A stretch of 63,456 nucleotides of DNA, filler included, from Polymyxa betae A26-41 (lineage: Eukaryota; Protista; Endomyxa: Phytomyxea), in the NCBI GenBank assembly GCA_003693705.1. It is 6 parts of 6 records of this genome, joined end to end, with 100 filler letters (N's around TTAATTAATTAA, not from the genome) between each part and the next. Parts side by side here need not be neighbours in the genome. Positions count along the whole stretch, not along the records: positions 43,248 to 53,049 come from RBZT01000666.1; positions 53,150 to 61,540 come from RBZT01000868.1; positions 61,641 to 63,456 come from RBZT01000085.1; 3 more parts are not named here. One strand, written 5' to 3'. Made by a program: the position numbers and the translations under genes. Positions 50,933-63,456 of the stretch are shown here, in pieces (the stretch's first letter is position 1; the number at the start of each line of letters is the position of its first letter). The notes under the pieces were generated by a model. The model did no database searches, was not told where the DNA came from, and was given only the letters and a program-made list of their open reading frames with translations.

Positions 50933-53900
50933 TCGGCGGTAGTAACGAATATGAGTATATAAAAGCAGAATGTCCGCCACGGACTTTGCCGATTCGAATT
51001 TGTTACATCGTGTGAGGTTCGATCGACTCCTCTGAGACGACTGTGTCGCTTGATATTCGAACAGCGCTCGTCAAGCCAATATCGTCTATTGGAGCGAACA
51101 TTCCTCCCTCTAAACAGCATACTCAGTATTGGCCAAGTCACAGAAACCCTAAACCTATGGAAGGGTTCGTGGCGTTCGGCATTGATCGACACGGTGGGCG
51201 GCACTTTCCTCCAGAGCTGAGCATAGACCAAGCTCTCCTACTCGTGATAATACGGAGGCCTACAGCTCTTGGGCTTACAGATCTAAAAAATTTATAGGCT
51301 CCTAAAAACTTCAAAAAAAAAAATTATGCTCCTAAAAACCTTTATAAGCAACCTTTATAAGCTCCTAAAACAAAGATTATACGCTTAGACCCAAGCCACA
51401 GGTTTGCCCAATCCTTCAGGAGAGTTGAGCTCTGAACCCTATAATGTTTCGACCTCGTGCTTGATCTCTGAGACTTAATCACACGCTGAATTCTAAACGC
51501 CTGTGATGAGATATCAATAACGATCTAGAACTGTGTATTACTGTTAGGGTTAGGGGACCGTAGGGTTAGACCCTCAGGGCTAGACCGTAATGGATGCCAC
51601 CATGGATTCCGAAATAAACTCTGCTATAAGTGATGAATCCGCTGCTGTTTCTGATATTAAAGCTCGGATGAAGCCACAGCAGGTGGTGACTGCCCATTTG
51701 GCTGCCTTAATTTGCTTTTATCCCAAGCCTTTGGTCGAGAGATTGCTGAAGTAGATCTTGGCCATCATCGTCCAGTTCGTCCAGAGCAACAAGCTACGCA
51801 GTAGCGGATTGGTACATAAATGAAAATGATTCTAAAAGGGAATCATCCGAGTCATACCAGAACTCAGACTACCTAATCATCAGAATCAGACATATTTATA
51901 AAACTCTGCTTGGGCAGAACGAGTTTAGAATAAATAACGGAAAGCAACTTCTAAACAGACTTTGAGATCTATGACTGGCAGCCAAACCTTGAACTCTGTT
52001 ATAATTTACGGATTTGTCTAAAGTATTGAAAACATTTTTCTCGCAAAGCCAAAATGCGAAACACATTCGACGCTACAATCTCATGGTTGGGGTTAGTGGC
52101 GTTATACTGGACCGCATCTTGATTCAGACTAGACCGGATCGGCCGTGAGGTTGACCCGACATTCACGTTACCGATTTGCTGACGTTTCGCTCTGTGTATC
52201 TCTGTCCATTATAATCCTGACTCGGGCATGGCATGAAAGTGAGATCGCGCGAAACAGGAGATTGCTACAGCTCGTGGCTTCACATACGAATTTGATCAGA
52301 CGCTTGGAGACTCCGTCTGGGCGTTTTGCTGATCGCATGTCAGCCTTCGGATTTCTCTCTGTGAATAGAAGTTGATTCTTCGCTTGTCATCCGTAGGTTT
52401 ATATCTGTGGGGTTATTTTTTTAAGGTGTTTTTTTTTGAATTTGAGGGATTGACATCTGCTTGCCCGAAGATGGTTTCGAATTTATTTGCGATTTGGTCA
52501 GTTTCTTCCTCTGCGTCGGTATGTTTTACCATGCTCCTTCTTGCTGTTTTATTTAGTTGCGGCTCATGTTGTTTTACTACTCGATAAAATTCTGCTCCTG
52601 AAAAATTTTCAAGTGCTTTTTCGATTTGTTTTATACTGTATTCCATTTTGTTGCTTCAAATACTTTGAAAAGCATTTTTTGCTTCCTTGTACGAATGCAG
52701 ATGGGATTGTCGTATCTCCTTTTTGTGCCTTGCAATTTGGTTACGGGCTATTGACGGATCATGTTTGCGAGCATTATCTCCGGACAGGACAATTTTCGGC
52801 GCAAATGAAATCGTCCATCAATATGTTTTGAGAGCGACTCTCATTAAAGCCTTATGCTGATGTATTCGGTTTTATCTGGTTGTTAAATGCAACCGCAATT
52901 ATCATTTACTGATCAACAGGTCCAGATTGGCATTTTATCACTCCCCGACTGATTCGAATTTTTTACAACTAACACAAAACGAGTTCAGAATGACACCTGG
53001 AGGAAGGCCAATCGGCGGACTGCGGAAAGTCCGTGATCTCAGAGAAGATNNNNNNNNNNNNNNNNNNNNNNNNNNNNNNNNNNNNNNNNNNNNTTAATTA
53101 ATTAANNNNNNNNNNNNNNNNNNNNNNNNNNNNNNNNNNNNNNNNNNNNCCAGTCCTCTTGCACCACGGCGTGTTGGAATGTATTTGGGTTCAGGGTTTA
53201 GGGTTCTAGGGTTTAGATTCACCGTGAACTCCCTATATACCTCTCAGTCCCTAATCTCCAAGTCCGTCGCGGCGTTCGAGCTCCAGCACTGACCATGCTG
53301 AATTCGACCCTGCGAATAAAATCAGTCGTGTTCCCCTCTCTCTCGTCTCTTGTCTCCTCGTAGATCCATCACATAACAGGTTATGGGCCTCCACGCTAAC
53401 GCGTTCAACCAGCTCAATGAGCAATCAACCCCTTTCACCAATGCTCATAGCATCCCATCACCAAAAATCTCAAAAAAGATAATGGTCGATAGCGGATGTA
53501 CAACTCACAGTTTCAATACACCACACTACTTTTTCCAGTTATTCCCCAAATCCTGGAGAAAACGGCACAGTAGAAATCGCTAATAACCACAAGTTAACCA
53601 TTGTCGGCTCTGGATCCGCTTCAATGGAACTCCAGCAGCCCGATGATAGGTTTCCAGTGAACATGGTTTTAAAAACGCCATTTACGTTCCAGAATTATCC
53701 GGAAACTACCTCTCCTTCAGCGCAGCCACTGACAATGGAACGATCGTAGTCTTCGACGCCCACAGTGTGAAATTATTCACCTCCGAAGAACGAAAATTAA
53801 TAGCAATCGGTCAACGAGAAGGAGATCTTTATTACTTTTCTTCAACACAAACCGAAAACAGTACTCAATCACAAGTTAACACACTTGCTCTCTCAAATTC

Positions 53901-56132
53901 AACAACAGAGCCAATATGGCATGCACGAATGGGTCACATGAACCCTATCAGCCTGAAACATCTATTCCGTGGCAGCGCCACCGGCGTTAAAATTACAGGA
54001 AACAATAAAACGTCTTTCTGTGAATCGTGCATACACGGTAAAGGGTACTCGTACACCGTTCCGTAATCACGGTAAACCCGAACGTCGCGCCACTGCAGTC
54101 CTCGGTCGTGTCTCAACTGACCTGTGCGGACCCCTGCCACCCACCATCAATAGAGAAATATATATGATGGCAATACTAGACCAATATAGCCATTATGTCC
54201 AGGTATTCTGCTTGACAAGCAAATCTGAGGCATTTCAAATCTTCAAAAATTACAGAAAATCTGTTAATACTTTTCACAAAACAAAACTGCAAATTCTCGG
54301 TGTGGACTGAAGTTCAACTCCAACGAGTTTCTAAATTTTTTACAACTAAAAGGGATCACGTTAGAGCGTACAATGCCTAATAGCTCTCAGGAAAACGGAT
54401 CGTCCGAACGTATCAATCGAACGTTACTTGATATTTCACGCTGCATGATGTATCACGCTAATGTTCCGCAACTTTTTTGGACATACGCGGTGCAGCACGC
54501 CGCATACATCCATAATCGATCTCCAACAAAATCACTTCCACAAAATAAAACACCATTCGAAATATGGTTCAAGCGCAAACCCGATTTATCCCAAATACGG
54601 ATTTTGGTTGTGCCGCTTTCTCTCTAATCCTTAAAAATCAGCGCCAGCATAAACTCAGCGATAGAGCTGTGAAATGCGCCTATCTAGGTCACTCTCAAAC
54701 GAGTAGTGGGTACATACTTTACGACTTAGAAGCTGACGTCATTTTTGAAAGTCGCGATGTTCGTTTTAATGAGGAAGAGTTCCCATTCACAAGTCTCGGC
54801 TGAACGGATCCACTCATCGATCCCGAATTCGACGAACCGAACGATCCATCGTACACTGACGGCGACCTTCAGCAAAATTGCTATCCGCACTCGCCATCCG
54901 AATCTGAAGATGAGGAAGAATTTCAATTCACAAATAGCCCTCACCAGGCAGCCTCTACTGATGATTTCGACATTCAAATAAACGATTCATCTCCAAACAG
55001 TTCTTCGACAGCATTAACTGGTGGTCCCAATAATGACTGCGGAACATGTTCAATATCCGATTCGAAGAGGGCTGCGCCAGCACGCACCTCCACCCGCAAA
55101 CGCAAACAGCCCGATCTGGGTTTTTACCTTGACAGCAGCTGCATTTCTTCTTTAGCAGCGACTGTTCAGCGCTCCACTGACAAAATTCCAATACCTAAAT
55201 CTATAAACGAGCCCCTGAAACGCCCATATTCAAGGGAATGGAAACAAGCTATCGAATCGGAGCTCGCATCACATAATGATAACGGCACCTGGACGCTGGT
55301 GGACGCACCGGCCCCCGGACGTTCTATAGTTGGTTCGATGTGGGTTTTCAAAGTGATATACAATCAGAAAGATGGATCAGTAGAACGATTTAAGGCGCGA
55401 TTAGTCGCTCGGGGCGATTCACAAAAACCCGGTGCCGACTTTAACGAAACATACGCCCCGGTAGCACGATTTACATCATTTCGTCTACTTATGGCTATAG
55501 CAGCTCACCTCGATCTCGAGCTCGAACACATCGATTTTACAACCGCCTATCTCTACGGCGATATCGATACGGAAGTATATATGAGACAGCCGCCCGGCTG
55601 TAACTTAGACAAAAATAGAAACAAAGTTTGTAAATTACGAAAATCAATCTACGGTTTGAGACAAGCCGGTAGAATTTGGAACTCTGTATTCCATGCATTC
55701 CTTATAAATTCCGGTTTTACGCAATGTTTAACCGACGAATGTTTGTATGTCGCTCATTTAGCAAATGAGAAACGATGTTACGTTTTAATATATGTCGATG
55801 ATGTCATTGTCGCAACAAATTCGAAAACTGCGTTAACCGACTTGAAAAATCGTGTTCAGCAGCAGTTCAAAGTAAAGATCTTAGGTCCCTTAAAATGTTT
55901 TCTCAACGTTGATTCGAGATAGATCAAATCATAAAATATGGCTATCACAAGCCCAATACACCGCGGATTTACTAAATCAAACAAAAATGACAAACTGTAA
56001 TCCGACTCCAACACCGGAAATCCCAAATTCCCGACTTCACTCCGGAATGATCCCTCAAACAGAAACTGAGCGTGATTTCATGAAACAAATTGGCTATCGC
56101 GAAGCTGTTGGCTCACTACAATACTTAGCTTC

Positions 56133-59100
56133 TGTTGTACACACACAGTTGTGGCGTACTCTTTGACAACCAGAGATGTGCTAATACAAATCAGTTCGAA
56201 AGTTACTCACCCCACCGTGTTGACATCTAGTTTGACTCGCCCGAACTCATAACAGATTAAGAGTCCCATACTCTTCAACACCCGGCAGAATGGGAAAAGG
56301 CGAAGACCTCGTCTCCAAATTCGACGGGACGAATTTCTCCGGATGGGCGAGAAGGATGGCCAGCATGCTGGTCGAAAAGGATCTCGACCAGGTCGTCGGG
56401 ATAGATCCGACCACCCTACAGCTGAGCCCTATACCACCACTGGAGGCCATTAATGCCACCCAAGCCGAAGACGAAGACCAAGCGAGCCAGCTCGACCGCA
56501 CATTTGTGAACGTTAGAGCTGATATGAAGGCTAGAGCCAAGATCGTGTGTCGCTGTAACGATTCCGTATTGAACTTGATTGACAATCGCACTGCCACATC
56601 AGCACACGCATTATGGCTGCGACTCGAACAGCATTATTCGAGAAAGACGCCTGCAGCAACAGTTAAAGCGTTTCGCATACTAACAAAGATGCGGAAAACA
56701 CAAAACGAGTCATGCCAAACATATATTAGTCGTGTAAAAGATGGCGTCAGAGAATTCCAAGAAGCATCGAATTCGGTATTGACCGACACGGGTACCGCTG
56801 CTGTTATTCTGGCAAGACTGCCCGATGAATACGGCGCAATAACAGCTGCCGTGGATAGCCACGAAGATTCATTATCAACTGCAAGAGTCTCCCAAATGAT
56901 CCTCAACCGCGAAGTAGAGATCGGGCGAAAACCCTCCCTCGATACAGACGTGCGGGCAAATTTCACCAGAAACAGAAGAGAAGGCTGTGAGCACTGTAAG
57001 ACAGACGGACGAGGCTTTAGACCACATGCTTCCTCAAACTGTTGGCTCAAGTTCCCGGAAAAACGTCCCCAGAACAATAAACCCGAAGTTTCTCTGTACC
57101 TCTCGGCAAATTCCTGCAGGCGTCACACCGACCATCCAACGCTCACCATCATCGATAGTGGAGCTTCTAGGCATGTTGTCAGAGACCGCAGGGCTTTCCA
57201 GTCTTACAGGGCTCGACATGACGACATGGCGAAAGTCTACGTCGGAAACGGTCAAGCCATAGATATAAAAGGAGAGGGAACATCGGCCTTACCTCACAAA
57301 GAGCGCAGGATGCTCCTGCACGATAGCCTCCATATCTCCGAGATAGCCTTCAATTTGATTTCTGTTGGACAAAGCACATCGAATGGAGTCTCATTCTTCT
57401 TCATCGAAAACTACTGCTATGTAGTAATGCCGATGGTCAGCTGCTGACACGAGTTAGAAAGGAAAACAACCTGTACTCGCTAGCAAATGCAGATGAGCAC
57501 CCAGCCAAAGCTGACAACGTTCTGATTGCTGCTGTATCCAAATTTCTTATCCACTGTCGCAACGGCCACATTCGAGGCAAGCTGCTGGACGAGGGCGTAG
57601 AATACGATGATCACGATCACAAGTCCGAAGACCTAATACGAAATTGCCCAAGTTGCGTTCAAGCTGAAATGTCACGTCAGCCCTTTCCTTCTAGGATACA
57701 ACGAGCAGAAATACCATTACAGATCATATGGAGCGATATCTGTGGACCGTTCCCCGAGAAATCCATAGGTGACAGCCGATACTTTATGACATTCATTGAC
57801 GATGCCACCACATTCAGTTGGGTGTACTTCCTCCAGAAGAAATCAGAATCGGCAGCGGTGTTAGAGAGATTTGAGCAAGAAACCTCTCAGTTATTCGCGC
57901 GAACATCGTCGAACGTCATTAGGACCTGGCGAAGCGATAATGCGAAAGAGTTCCTAAGCAGAAAGCCATGGAATTGTTCACGAGACATCAATACCATATA
58001 ACCCAGAGCAAATGGGTATAGCTGAACGCTTGAATAGAACGTTGAACGAAATTTCGGAGAGCATGCGCTTCCATTCGGGCCATAGCAAGTCCTTCTGGGC
58101 CGAAGCAGTTTGCACAGCAAATTGGCTAAGAAACCGCTCCCCAACAACCTCTTTGGACGGAACGAAGTACTCAGGAAAGACGCCTTTTGAAGCTTTCTAC
58201 GGCCGCAAACCCAACGCCCTGAAGCTCCGGGTCTTCGGTTGTCGATGTTGGGCTCACATACCTAAAGACAAACGGAAGAAGTTAGACCCAAAAGCACGTA
58301 AGGCCATCTATGCTCACAAAACCAGAAGGGATACAAATTGATGGATCCGGTTACAAAAGAAATGTTCTCTGCAATACATGTGAAATTTGAAGAAGACAAA
58401 TTCCGCTGCGACGACGAAATGATAGATGAAGAAATATCTGAACAAACTGATCAAGGAACATTAAATGATGAACATGAATTTACTTACGACTCTGACTCCG
58501 ATTCCGACGAAGATCTTACAGGAGCTCCAAGCCAGGAGAATTTGGAGGTCGAAACCGACAATGTCGCAGATCAGCTGGATAGCATCACAGAAGAAGACGC
58601 AGACAGATCGGATGAAGAGCAACACCATAGCCCTGTCGTGCCACCTGAGGAAAACGCAGAGGAGGATGACACCGGCGAGTCAAGGAGATCGAAACGCACA
58701 AGGTTTTTGACGGATCGATACACTCCCGACGATTACCGCATCTCTAACAGCAAACGGCCTCGAGTAAATATCGCCAATATAATGGCCAAGTTTCCTAAAC
58801 GACCACTATTGAACCTTGTGAGAAACATATTGGCAACAGCGACTAAGCTCAGAGAATTACCTTCTAATATCAAAGCGAGCGAAGTCAGCATCCCGAAGAA
58901 TATTGAAGAGGCGATTGAAGAATCGAACCCTTATCGCGGATACTGGTCAGAGGCAATTCAGCTAGAATATCAAAACCTGATCGAGCCAGATACCTGGATA
59001 TTGACAGATTTAGTTCATGGCCGCAAGCCGATTGGATGCAGATGGGTGTTTAGTGCCCCTACGAACAATGAAGGCTTTGTGAAGAAATTTAAAGCAAGAT

Positions 59101-60631
59101 TAGTCATTCAAGGTTTTTCCCAAAGGGCCGGTGTAGACTACGACGAAACGTTCGCGACCGTGGCCCGCCAGGAATCTCTAAGGTGATGTTAGCAATCGCA
59201 GCTGAAAAGAGCCAGCACCTTAGACAGGTGGATGTTGTGAGCGTTTACTTAAATGGAAAGCTTGACGAGGAGATTTTCATGAAACAACCACCTGGCTTTG
59301 TCGACAAGTCCAAACCAAACGCAGTTGTCGCCTGAAGAAAGCCTTGTACGGCCTGCGCCAGGCAGTTCGCGTCTGGAACGAAGCGTTCAATCGTTTTATG
59401 GTGAACGAGGCAGGGTTTACCAGATCAAAGGCGGACCCGTGCGTTTACATCAGATCCGAAAACGAGAAGATTATTATAATGGCGCTGTTCGTAGATGACC
59501 AACTCATTGTTCATAATGACGAAGTTGGCGTCGCCAAACTGATCGAATTGATGGATAGCAGATTCGAGATCACTGATCTCGGAGAGCCAAAGCGCATCCT
59601 GGGTATGCGACTTCGACGAGGCCAAGATGGGAGATCGATAAGCATCGACCAAGAGACGTACATAGATGAGCTTGCACGCATATTTAATCTGCGCCAGTCA
59701 CCCAAAAGATTTAATAGCCCGTATGGTGCGTCTTCCGAAAACCACCTTGGTTACTGCCCCAAAACACCTGAACAACGCCAAGAGATGGAGAATATCCCTT
59801 ACGCCAAATTAATTGGCAGTCTACTATGGATTTCTACCCGGACGCGTCCAGACATAGCTCAAATCGTAGGCGTCTTATGTCGTTACACTCAGGAACCTGG
59901 ATTAGGTCACTGGCATATGGCCAAAAGGGTCCTTCAATATTTGATCGACACCAAGGACCTAACATTAGTCTTCCAGCATCAGACATCGGTACCAATTCCA
60001 GTCGGATACGTTGATAGCGATTACGCTAATGACCCCATGACACGACGGTCAATCACAGGCTTTATATTCTTAATGGCTGGCGCTCCGATCAGTTGGAAGA
60101 GCCAAGGTAAATGACTTGTAGATACGTCGTCAGCAATGGCTGAGTATACATCTATTTATGAAGCTGCACGCGAAGCATTCTCAATTCGACAGTTTATGTA
60201 TGAAATTGGATTCGCACAGAAATCACCGACGGTGATATATTCTGATAACAACGCGGCGATCTCGATAGCTAGCAACTCTCGTACAGAGGAAAGATCCAAA
60301 CATATCGACGTTAAACTTCACTATACACGTGAACTCGTCACAGCGAAGCAGGTCAAACCCTAACACTGTCGCACGAACGAAATAATGTTAGCCGATTATC
60401 TCACAAAACAAGTTCCAACACAGAAGTTTCTTTGGAGTCGACAACGGATAGGGTTACAATTGCCCCCGACGTCTGTTTGGGGGGGGGGGGAGTGTTGTAC
60501 ACACACAGTTGTGGTGTACTCTGTGACAACCAGACAATCGGTCGACAGTACGATATGCTAATACAAATCAGTTCGAAAGTTACTCACCCCACTGTGTTGA
60601 CATCTAGTTTGACTCGCCCGAACTCATAACA
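56133..60631 (+). mobile_element. Inner full-length Ty1/copia retrotransposon with 5-bp TSD GCTTC
   Basis: LTRs at 56133-56254 and 60493-60631; TSD at 56128-56132 and 60632-60636; G-rich PPT before the 3' LTR. Confidence 0.96.
56290..60420 (+). pseudogene. Gag-pol of the inner copia with multiple frameshifts and stops
   Basis: FDGTNFSGW gag, CEHC..H....C knuckle, IIDSGAS protease, SDICGP/SDNAKEF integrase, KARLVIQG/FVDD RT and DSDYA/RSKHIDVK RNase H, spread across several frames. Confidence 0.92.
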
Positions 60632-62579
60632 GCTTCGAAAACGAGGCCTAATATCGCTCACGCAGTGCAGCAAGTCGCACAATTTTGCCAAAATCCTGGC
60701 AAGAAACACTGGGAGGCAATAAAATACATCTTACGCTATTTAAGCGGACCATAAACTATGGCATAGAATACTGCGGAAAATCCCAGTTACTCCACGCATA
60801 TTTTGGACAGGGCGCAACAAATATTCCGAAGTTCGCCATGTTCGCAGATTCCGATTGGGCAGATGACCCCGACAAAAGAAAGTCCGTCGGCGGTTTTGCC
60901 TTCATGATGCACGGCGGAGTTATAGACTATAACTGTAGAAAGTTCACCGACACTCCCATATCATCCACAGAAGCCGAATGGTACGCTGCCTGCGAAGCTG
61001 GCAAAAATGGCTTAATGCTTCGCAATTCGCTAAGTGAGATCGAACAGCCAATGTCGAATCCTCTAATAATCTTCGAAGACAACCAGGGTTGCATCAGTTA
61101 CGGTAAACTGAGCGCCAACCAATCATCAATGAGACACATAGCTCTCAAGTACCACTGGTTACGTCAAGAAATAAAACGCAACACAATCGCTCTTCAGCGA
61201 TTCCCCTCGGCAGACAATATAGCCGATATATTTACTAAAGCTCTTGCTAAACCAAAATTTGAGGATCTGCGGCAACGACTGAACATCGTGCCAGTCCCAA
61301 ACAATCAGCTGTAAAACAGTTTTGTGTTTTAGTGGGCATTATTTATTTATTTATTAATATTACATATAAATATCTTGAGTCCCACAGTACCGCCAGATAA
61401 TTCCGGCGCGTCTCCGTAAAAGGATTTCACTTTTCCCTGTTAAACAGCCAATCTATCACGACCATCAATTACCAAATTCATCCCCATTTCATAATCTCCA
61501 GTCCACACTCTCTTCAGCGCATGAACTGAGGGGGCGTGTTNNNNNNNNNNNNNNNNNNNNNNNNNNNNNNNNNNNNNNNNNNNNTTAATTAATTAANNNN
61601 NNNNNNNNNNNNNNNNNNNNNNNNNNNNNNNNNNNNNNNNGTATCCCAGCAGATTCATAACACTCTCTCTCTCCTCATCTCAAAGAATTTTCATTTTGCT
61701 CTTCAACCATTTCAAGCATTCATTCGCATTGTTTCAGACAGGTTCATTTATTTCATCGCTAATGTCGGATTGTAGATGTTCGAAATCTGCAATTTTTTTC
61801 AGAAAACGCCGAAATTCAAAACGGTCCTAATGTAACGTGAAACCGATTGTCATAATGGATTATCACAAATTTCCAAAATATCATTGACCGTGTATCGTGA
61901 GCCATTGGCGTTACCTCCCGAGATTGTCGCACCTTTCGCTTCAGAACAGGTTCTTGTTGATCATATTCTGATCCGATTCTCCGCCATTTGAGATGAGCAG
62001 AAAAAAACTGCGCGAAACATATTGTGTTATCAGTTAGCCTTGACGACACGCAACGCTGAAGTCCGAGCATCAGATTTCATGCGGCTAGCTAAAAATCGCA
62101 GTGCGCCGAGCAGAGGTGGGCTGCCCACCCACCCCATAGGAGAAAGTGCGCTATCTCTTTCCCCTCAGTTTCTGGTCCTTTCACGCAACAACTTGTATCT
62201 CTGCGTTCCTATTTGGTAAGGAGTTTCAGAGAAGTAGAGATGATGTTTCTTCGACTGTGGCAGATTTCGACTTCTTTGATCGTTTTCATGATTGTCGGAC
62301 GGAGAAAATTCAGGTCCTGGAAAACTCCGTCCGTTGTAGATTGTAGTTCCGAAAAATGATCAGCCCGTTCGGACGAGACTCAGCGAATCAGGAAAGAATG
62401 GTTTTCCCAACAGATAAAGATTTCTTTAATTTGGTCAATTCGCATTCACAAAACGGACTTCATTCTTCCTTTGAAATGGTCGCTACATCCAGCAACAGAG
62501 ATGAACCATTTTGGTTTTTCAAATTTTCTAAGGAAAGATAACAAGAGCCATCATCCCGAGAATCGCCCAAGCTGTTGAA

Positions 62580-62800
62580 AAGAGTCCGTGCAAATTTATT
62601 CGCACGGACATCTGCGGACCAATGACCTCCTATTCAAGGAGACCGGTATATGATCACATACACAGACATTGCGAGCGGATACGTGCACGTCACTTTATAT
62701 ACGCATCAATCGGAGCAGCTGGAAGAATTCAAGGTGTTTACGGCAGCAATGGAGCGACAAATCGGAGCGCCCAGTCGGGACATTATGTAGGGAATACGAG
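62580..62800 (+). mobile_element. Short degenerate copia integrase fragment
   Basis: IRTDICGPMT-like motif at ~62598-62628. Confidence 0.4.
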
Positions 62801-63456
62801 GAGGGCAACAGGGTGACATTTCTCCGCCGCAGTTTTTTCTTTCGTGGTTTTTTTCTTCGTCGTCTAGTGTCTGTCTTCCTCGCGCCCAGGTTCAATGGCG
62901 TTCTGCAGCAAATGTGGTCAGGTGCAGGGTAGCTGCACTAATGCATGTCCCAGTCAGGCGGATGCTTTAAAGCTGACAATTCAGGCCCAGATAGTGCAGA
63001 TGAAGGAGGTCGCAGTCGGGTCAACACCTGTCGCGTCGTCTGTTCGGTCCCAGCTATGAAAAAGATCAACGTTACTGCCTATCTTTGCGGTTATGATCCT
63101 GCTTCTGGCAAAGCGAATAAGTTGAGCAGTGTTCCGCCTGTCAATGTAGTCTTCCTGAAGAGTGCACTCTATTGCGAAATCATCGATCGTCTTTCCGAAA
63201 CATTTGCTCCCGTACCCTGCTTGTAAGGAGGGCGCTTCTTATGACCTCGTAACCAGCGACGGTACGCTTATAAACCAGGTACCGCCTTTGAAGATTTCCC
63301 GTTCAACCTTTCGAAGTTCGGTAAGAAAATTCTATGGTGGTTTCGCAATGAGTGTTCTGAACACGACAATGTTTCGCTGACATTCAATGACAATCTTGTC
63401 AATATGGAGGATCTCCATCTATTGAACGATGATGTGGGGTACCCTATGACAACCGG

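Larger units (their letters stand above)
53172..61540 (+). mobile_element. Outer Ty1/copia retrotransposon, gag-deleted and frameshifted, interrupted at 56133-60631
   Basis: 5' LTR TGTTGG...ATAACA at 53172-53378; PBS GGTTATGGGCC at 53379; protease DSG, integrase (WHARMGH, TDLCGP, QENGSSER), RT (FKARLVARG, YVDD), RNase H (DSDWA, EDNQG); PPT GAGGGGGCG at 61528-61536 then TGTT at the gap. Confidence 0.93.

Noticed and set aside
31239-61640. Recurring TTAATTAATTAA palindrome between N runs
   Set aside because: Artificial six-frame-stop contig linker; adjacency across these joins should not be interpreted biologically.

Overview
Eukaryotic, intron-containing and transposon-rich sequence. It is a pseudo-scaffold of at least six contigs joined by artificial 100-bp N-TTAATTAATTAA-N linkers. 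Gene style, GC-rich exons in an AT-richer background and TTTAGGG/TTTTAGGG-like motifs suggest a protist, possibly a plasmodiophorid (inference only). Recognisable genes: a signal-peptide multi-pass membrane receptor-like gene, a GT61 glycosyltransferase, a BTB protein, a Rac GTPase, mitochondrial ribosomal protein bL28m, a RING-finger protein, a secreted ATP-grasp-like gene with an in-frame TGA, several secreted effector-like genes (including a tiny cationic Cys/Trp-rich peptide) and five tRNAs. Mobile DNA: a plant-type mariner interrupted by a copia element, a copia nested in a copia, a MITE, and a MULE-like element whose terminal hairpin loops are in a flip/flop arrangement. A frameshifted Uma2/DUF820 nuclease pseudogene is missed by the ORF track. 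No single clear novel multi-gene system is evident. The best leads are the flip/flop MULE termini, the secreted ATP-grasp enzyme, the effector-like cluster and two tRNA-Ser genes with U73.
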